NCBI GenBank assembly: GCA_041640595.1
Contig: JBEPZY010000001.1
Span: 1,120,001-1,184,000, forward strand
DNA length: 64,000 bases
Direction: 5' to 3'
DNA from: Gemmatales bacterium
GTDB taxonomy: Bacteria; Planctomycetota; Planctomycetia; Gemmatales; HRBIN36
A model generated the notes under the pieces. That model saw nothing but the letters and a program-made list of their open reading frames with translations. It was not told the origin of the DNA and did no database searches. Of this stretch, positions 58,950 through 64,000 are shown one piece after another (within the stretch, counting starts at the first letter, position 1; every line of letters begins with the position of its first letter). A program made the position numbers and the translations under genes.

Positions 58950-59831
58950 ATGACTACCAGCAAGGAACACTTTTCCTGCCACGTGGCCATTATCACGGTA
59001 AGTGATACCCGTACCGAAGCAACCGATACAAGTGGTCAGTTTTTGCGCCAGCTATGCACCCAGGCTGGACATCAAGTTAATTTCTATGCTATCGTCCCCG
59101 ATGATCCGCAGCGCATTCAGCAAATCTTTTCCGATTTAGATCAGCGCACCGATATAGATGTTATTTTGCTGACTGGCGGCACCGGCATCTCCCCGCGCGA
59201 CCAGACTTACGAGGCGGTAATTGCACTATTGGAGAAACGTTTAGATGGGTTCGGTGAGCTTTTTCGCTACCTGAGCTACCAAGAAATTGGAGCAGCAGCG
59301 ATGCTTTCGCGGGCAGTTGCCGGGGTTTGGCACGGGCGTTTAGTTTTTAGCCTCCCAGGCTCCCCGGCAGCGGTGCGCCTGGCCATGGAACAACTTATCT
59401 TGCCGCAACTTTCCCATGCACTGGCGCTAGTGCGTGGCCAAACTACTCATCATCCTCCATGCCGGCACCACCATACATCGGAGCCAACCTCTTCCGATAA
59501 ACCGCCGACACAGCCTATCTTTCTTCGACCGAACCAACACGCTCAGTTTAGCTCTAATAAAATGGCGAAAGTTACACTCTATCAAAGTGAACGGTTCTTC
59601 CTTGGTTTGAACTGTCTTGAACCCGGTCAGGAGCACCAGCTTCATTCGCACCCCGGTCAGGATAAAGCCTATCTCGTATTACAGGGTCAGGGCTTGTTCC
59701 TGCTGCCCCAGGGCGAGCAACCTATGCAGGAAGGTGATATGTTAGTAGCCCCCGCTAATGTTCCGCACGGCATTCGTAATACAGGCAAGCAAGGCCTTAT
59801 CGTGCTGGTACTGATGTCTCCCCCGCCATAG
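58950..59831 (+). CDS. moaB: Molybdenum cofactor biosynthesis protein MoaB/MogA fused to a cupin domain
   Basis: ITVSDTR, TGGTG...RD, GFGELFR, MLSRA and LPGS motifs; C-terminal cupin (HSHPGQDK...PANVPHGIRN). Confidence 0.85.
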   Translation: MTTSKEHFSCHVAIITVSDTRTEATDTSGQFLRQLCTQAGHQVNFYAIVPDDPQRIQQIFSDLDQRTDIDVILLTGGTGISPRDQTYEAVIALLEKRLDGFGELFRYLSYQEIGAAAMLSRAVAGVWHGRLVFSLPGSPAAVRLAMEQLILPQLSHALALVRGQTTHHPPCRHHHTSEPTSSDKPPTQPIFLRPNQHAQFSSNKMAKVTLYQSERFFLGLNCLEPGQEHQLHSHPGQDKAYLVLQGQGLFLLPQGEQPMQEGDMLVAPANVPHGIRNTGKQGLIVLVLMSPPP

Positions 59832-59850
59832 CAACGAACTTGACGCCGAT

Positions 59851-61329
59851 ATGGATAGTTACGTGCCCACCTGGAATGCTGGATCTAAGATCAATAGCGT
59901 TTCCGATCGCCAATACGCCGATGTTATCATCGTCGGTGGGGGCATTTCTGGACTAAGTCTGGCCTGGCGTCTCACGCAAATAGCGCCAGCGCTGCGGATT
60001 AGGGTTTTGGAAGCTGCCGATCGCCCGGGCGGCACTGCCTGGACGGATTACGAAAATGGTTTCCTTGTGGAACATGGCGCCAATGGCTTTCTCGCTAATA
60101 AAACGAGTACCTGGGATTTAGTGCGGGAATTAGGCTTGGCCAACGAACTGGTTGCCGCTAACCAGACCGCACGGTATCGGTATGTTTTGGACAAGCAAGG
60201 ACTATATCTGTTGCCCAACGGCTTATGGTCATTGTTTAGGTTTCCGCTATTAAGTTGGCGGGCTAAATGGGCCATTCTAACGGAATACTGGCGCCATTCC
60301 GCATCTTCCGAAGACGATGAATCAGTATATGAGTTTATATCGCGCCGCACGAATTGGGAGGTAGCTGATTTATTTGCCGAACTGCTGGTGACTGGCATCT
60401 ATGCAGGCAATCCACACGAACTGAGTATGGCCGCCTGTTTTCCACGGGTCGTCCAAATGGAAAGGCGAGCCGGTAGCGTTACTGCCGGCTTTTTCCAGGA
60501 ACGACGGGAACAAAAACGACACCATCAACAACCCGCGCAAGCTCCTGTAAAGCGATCGCAACTGTATTCCTTGCGGCGAGGGATGCGTCAGCTCATCGAA
60601 ACCCTGGCCCAACGATTAGCTCCAGTGCTACATTTAGCTTCACCGGTACACCGTATTGAGTACGTTGACAGCGAAGCAACGCATCGCTGGCGAGTATCTT
60701 GCCAGGAAACAACCTGGCACTGCCGGGAGTTAGTCCTTGCCTGCCCTGCCTATGTGCAGGCACAATTATTAGAACCCCTTTGTAGCGAATTGGCCCGTGA
60801 AGTTAAAACTATCCCCTATGTTCCTGTCGCGGTTATCGCTCTGGGGTACCGCGAAAATCAATTAGGCAAACGGCTTGTCGGGTTCGGTTACCTGACAACC
60901 TGGAGGTCGCAAAGTCGTATGCTCGGTGCGCAATGGTGTTCCTCTATATTTCCAGATAGGGCTCCCGAGGGTCACGTTCTTATGCGTTATATGGCCGGAG
61001 GCAGTCGCCGGCTCCAAGTATTAGAACAACCGGATGATCTCCTGGTCAGCGAAGCGCATGATGAAGCCAGGCGACTTTTAGCGATTCAGGGAGCGCCTTG
61101 TTATAGCAGAGTCATTCGCTGGCCCCGAGCTATCCCTCAATACACACTAGGCCATCAAAAACGCCTTGCCAGGATACGAAACCTCCTAAGCCGATGGCCA
61201 GGCCTGCATTTGACAGGAAATGCCTATGAGGGTGTCAGCCTGAATGATTGCGTCGAGCGTTCTAATCAACTCGCCACCTATTTAACTCAGCGGCTAAACG
61301 CGGTTCTAGCGACTCAGGACTCGGCGTAA
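59851..61329 (+). CDS. hemY: Protoporphyrinogen/coproporphyrinogen oxidase (HemY type)
   Basis: GGGISGL, EHGANGF, GIYAG, GFGYL, SSIFPDRAP, AIPQY..GH and GVSLNDC motifs. Confidence 0.9.
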   Translation: MDSYVPTWNAGSKINSVSDRQYADVIIVGGGISGLSLAWRLTQIAPALRIRVLEAADRPGGTAWTDYENGFLVEHGANGFLANKTSTWDLVRELGLANELVAANQTARYRYVLDKQGLYLLPNGLWSLFRFPLLSWRAKWAILTEYWRHSASSEDDESVYEFISRRTNWEVADLFAELLVTGIYAGNPHELSMAACFPRVVQMERRAGSVTAGFFQERREQKRHHQQPAQAPVKRSQLYSLRRGMRQLIETLAQRLAPVLHLASPVHRIEYVDSEATHRWRVSCQETTWHCRELVLACPAYVQAQLLEPLCSELAREVKTIPYVPVAVIALGYRENQLGKRLVGFGYLTTWRSQSRMLGAQWCSSIFPDRAPEGHVLMRYMAGGSRRLQVLEQPDDLLVSEAHDEARRLLAIQGAPCYSRVIRWPRAIPQYTLGHQKRLARIRNLLSRWPGLHLTGNAYEGVSLNDCVERSNQLATYLTQRLNAVLATQDSA

Positions 61330-62733
61330 CCAATCTTGAAAGGCACTGGTGCCATCGAAAAGGAACAACTCCTGCATATCATAGTTGGGCCAGGGCGAAC
61401 GATCGGTAAAGGGCTGGCTTTCGTCTTGGAGTAACCGCATCCAGCCACGTTTCAGCATGGGATGCATATATTGATAGCCAGGCAAGGGTGCAATATAGGT
61501 TCTAAGTCCGAAAGCTAGCCCTTCGTATAAAGCAGTCGAAAACACCCCGACTTGAATGCTCGAACAAGCCTGCAGATCGTAAATTGAAGTTCTAACGTCA
61601 GCAATCTCGACACCGTGATCCAGCAAGTCTCGTTGCCGCTCTGGTGGAAAGTATTCGGAAGGGTGAGGCCGAAATATCACTCGAAATGCTCGTGGTGCAG
61701 CTCGGGCCAGTCGAATCGCCCACTGAGCCAGTGCATTACCACAGCCCGGCTGCGATAAGACGAGCACGCTCGGTTGCCGTGCCGGACACTCCGACTGCTG
61801 CACCAACGATTGAAAAAACGGAAAGCCCACCTCAACGGCATTATCCTGCGCTACGGGTAAATCCATAACCTTGCGCCAATAAGGACCAAAGAGTAGTGCA
61901 TAGTCAGGATATGTTTTCTGTCTAATCCCCGGCGGTGTAGTATAGGTGAGATCGTATGGTCCGATAAGGCCGTGCTGCATCTCAGCGGTTACTATACCTA
62001 GGTCGCGGCATGCTTCCACAAACGCCCGCTCGGCAGGATTAATCGCCACGATAATACCCAAACGAGGACGAATTCGACGCAACAAATCCCGATATAATCC
62101 GCGTAAACAACGGCGTGCCGCCAGGTACGTCCGCCCCAGCTCAGCAACAGGCACCTCCATCCGAAACCTGGCTTGCAAAGCCGATTCTAGACCTAACAGC
62201 CACCGTTCTACCCTGCCAGAAATTCCCCACATTGTTCGGCGATAACAGGCGGCCAATCCAGCCAGAAGGTCGGTGTAGTAAACATGCTTAGTTCTGGTGG
62301 GCTGAACATGTCGGCCACCTTCGGGGCGTTCCAGGTAAATGTAAGACCCATTTAGATTATCGAGAAACGGGTCTAAATACGGGTCGTGCCAGCAGAACTC
62401 TCGCCATACTCTGCGAGCAATACCCAGACAGACAACAGGACGCGACGGCGCAAAATAAGGATTCGCAGCGAACATTCCACGTAGCAAACCCGGATCTGCT
62501 ACCCGCCATATCAAGGGCCTGGGTACGGGTGACAACGATTCCATAAAGCCACTTAGTTCCTGTAATTTCAGAAATACGGGTACCCGGACATATTCCCAGA
62601 GGGGAACTTGATCTTCAAAAAAGTCCCAGGCGCCGACCTGCCACTCCCAATCGAGGAAGCCCGACCACAACTCTTCCCAGCGATTTGCCTCAGCTAAAAA
62701 GTCGCCCAAAGGAAGGCGAGTAGATGCCTGCAT
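61306..62733 (-). CDS. Putative capsule/polysaccharide biosynthesis protein (GT-B-like)
   Basis: EMQHG, FRPHPSE and STALYEGLAFG motifs resemble capsule polymerase/sialyltransferase-like families; follows wzt. Confidence 0.6.
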   Translation of the reverse strand: MQASTRLPLGDFLAEANRWEELWSGFLDWEWQVGAWDFFEDQVPLWEYVRVPVFLKLQELSGFMESLSPVPRPLIWRVADPGLLRGMFAANPYFAPSRPVVCLGIARRVWREFCWHDPYLDPFLDNLNGSYIYLERPEGGRHVQPTRTKHVYYTDLLAGLAACYRRTMWGISGRVERWLLGLESALQARFRMEVPVAELGRTYLAARRCLRGLYRDLLRRIRPRLGIIVAINPAERAFVEACRDLGIVTAEMQHGLIGPYDLTYTTPPGIRQKTYPDYALLFGPYWRKVMDLPVAQDNAVEVGFPFFQSLVQQSECPARQPSVLVLSQPGCGNALAQWAIRLARAAPRAFRVIFRPHPSEYFPPERQRDLLDHGVEIADVRTSIYDLQACSSIQVGVFSTALYEGLAFGLRTYIAPLPGYQYMHPMLKRGWMRLLQDESQPFTDRSPWPNYDMQELFLFDGTSAFQDWLRRVLSR

Positions 62734-62745
62734 GAGTCCGGCCTG

Positions 62746-63504
62746 CTAAGCTGCGCTCCGCTGGTTAGATGTCATATACTCTCTGTAGGCTTCCACAACA
62801 GTTTGCGGATCGCCTTGCATGACAATTTCTCCATGATCCAGCCAGACCATGCGCGTGCAAAGTTTCGGCACGGTGACCGTGTCGTGCGTGGCAATGACCA
62901 GCAACCGCGATTGATGTATCAGTTCCATAATACGTCGGTGTGCTTTTTCCTGGAAACTTAAGTCCCCCGCACTAAGTATTTCATCAATCAACAAGATTTC
63001 CGGTTCAATCTCGGTGGCTATAGAGAAACAGAGACGCACTAACATTCCGCTACTATAAAATCGAACCGGGATGTTGAGAAACTCTCCCAGCTCACTAAAT
63101 TCAGCAATGCGTGGTCGGCGTTGGCGTACCTCCCTGGGAGTCAAACCTTGAAGGTAGCTACGATAAGCTATATTGGCCCAGCCCGTGGCATCGGACTCGA
63201 TACCGACACCGATATCAAGTAGGGTAGAAACTCGTCCCTCCACCTCCAGGTGTCCGGAGGTGGGAGGATAAATTCCCGCAAGTAGTTTCAAGAGTGTAGT
63301 TTTGCCAGCACCGTTGTGACCGATGACACCGACTCGCTCTCCCTCGCGGATTTCCAGATTGACGTTCTTGAGCGCATGCACTTCCATAACCGGATTGACT
63401 GAACGACGGAAAAATCCTCCCAAGAGAAATTGCTTCAGGGGAATGCGCTTGTGCCGGCGAACGCGGAAAGTAAGGTGCACATTGCTTAGACGGATATGCA
63501 CCAT
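62746..63504 (-). CDS. wzt: Polysaccharide export ABC transporter ATP-binding protein (Wzt/KpsT/TagH-like)
   Basis: GHNGAGKTT, FSELGEF, YSSGM..RL.F and IDEILSAGD motifs. Confidence 0.9.
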   Translation of the reverse strand: MVHIRLSNVHLTFRVRRHKRIPLKQFLLGGFFRRSVNPVMEVHALKNVNLEIREGERVGVIGHNGAGKTTLLKLLAGIYPPTSGHLEVEGRVSTLLDIGVGIESDATGWANIAYRSYLQGLTPREVRQRRPRIAEFSELGEFLNIPVRFYSSGMLVRLCFSIATEIEPEILLIDEILSAGDLSFQEKAHRRIMELIHQSRLLVIATHDTVTVPKLCTRMVWLDHGEIVMQGDPQTVVEAYREYMTSNQRSAA

Positions 63505-63541
63505 AGTTGAGGACTCCCTACGCGCTTGCCCGTGGAGGTTA

Positions 63542-64000
63542 TTAGAGGCTGAAAATGATTTTCCGCTCGTTGGTTACCAGCAGGAAAATAGCAAGGCCAG
63601 CTAGCACGACCACGGTGTTGATGGCTATAAGAAAATCAGCCAGCGGAGGAATGCGGCCATACAGGACCGGTTCTCTTACCAGCTCTACGATATAACCGAG
63701 CGGATTATAGGTCAAAATCGTAACAAGCACTCCTCGTTGAGCGAACATTTGCTTAGGATAAAAAACCGGCGTAAGATAATAAATCAACTGAAGCAAAATG
63801 CCGGCAAGATGATGCGTATCTGGGAAATGCACATTGATGATACCGAAAATGGTCGTCAAAGCCCAGCTAAAAAAGAAAAGCACCACCAATATGGGCACTA
63901 AGATCGGCAAAGCCGCAAGGTTTGCAAAACCCCGAATCATCCAGCTTAGCAGGATGGTGAATGCCAACAGGATCAAGAAATGTAGTGCCACGCTCAGAGC
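63542..64000 (-). CDS. wzm: Polysaccharide export ABC transporter permease (Wzm-like), 5'-truncated by window edge
   Basis: Hydrophobic TM segments; YYLTPVFYP and YNPL...R motifs; upstream of wzt. Confidence 0.85.
   Translation of the reverse strand, partial: ALSVALHFLILLAFTILLSWMIRGFANLAALPILVPILVVLFFFSWALTTIFGIINVHFPDTHHLAGILLQLIYYLTPVFYPKQMFAQRGVLVTILTYNPLGYIVELVREPVLYGRIPPLADFLIAINTVVVLAGLAIFLLVTNERKIIFSL

Overview
A GC-rich bacterial chromosome segment, most likely from a planctomycete (probably Gemmatales-like). This assignment rests on two DUF1559 prepilin-like genes, two PVC-type heme-binding CxxCH proteins, a DUF1080 protein and a planctomycete-style ECF sigma factor. It holds about 44 protein-coding genes, mostly housekeeping, envelope and signalling: xanthine-dehydrogenase-family subunits, kdsD, ugd, prfB with a programmed +1 frameshift, modC, prpD, moaB-cupin, hemY, ABC/MFS transporters, an HD-GYP protein plus hybrid kinase, and the start of a Wzm/Wzt polysaccharide locus. 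There is one tRNA-Ser(CGA). No mobile elements or CRISPR arrays were found. The top finding is a hidden exported thioredoxin-like candidate selenoprotein (36383-36937, minus strand). The ORF track splits it in two at an in-frame UGA within a CxxU motif, and the UGA is followed by a two-hairpin, possibly distal SECIS-like structure. Other leads are a giant LptC/LptA-like protein next to kdsD, an apparent 'Q-rule' (Gln at +1 of most signal peptides plus a glutaminyl-cyclase-like M28 enzyme), a PilZ-fused pseudokinase, and several structured or repeated intergenic elements. All calls come from reading motifs by eye; no database search was run.
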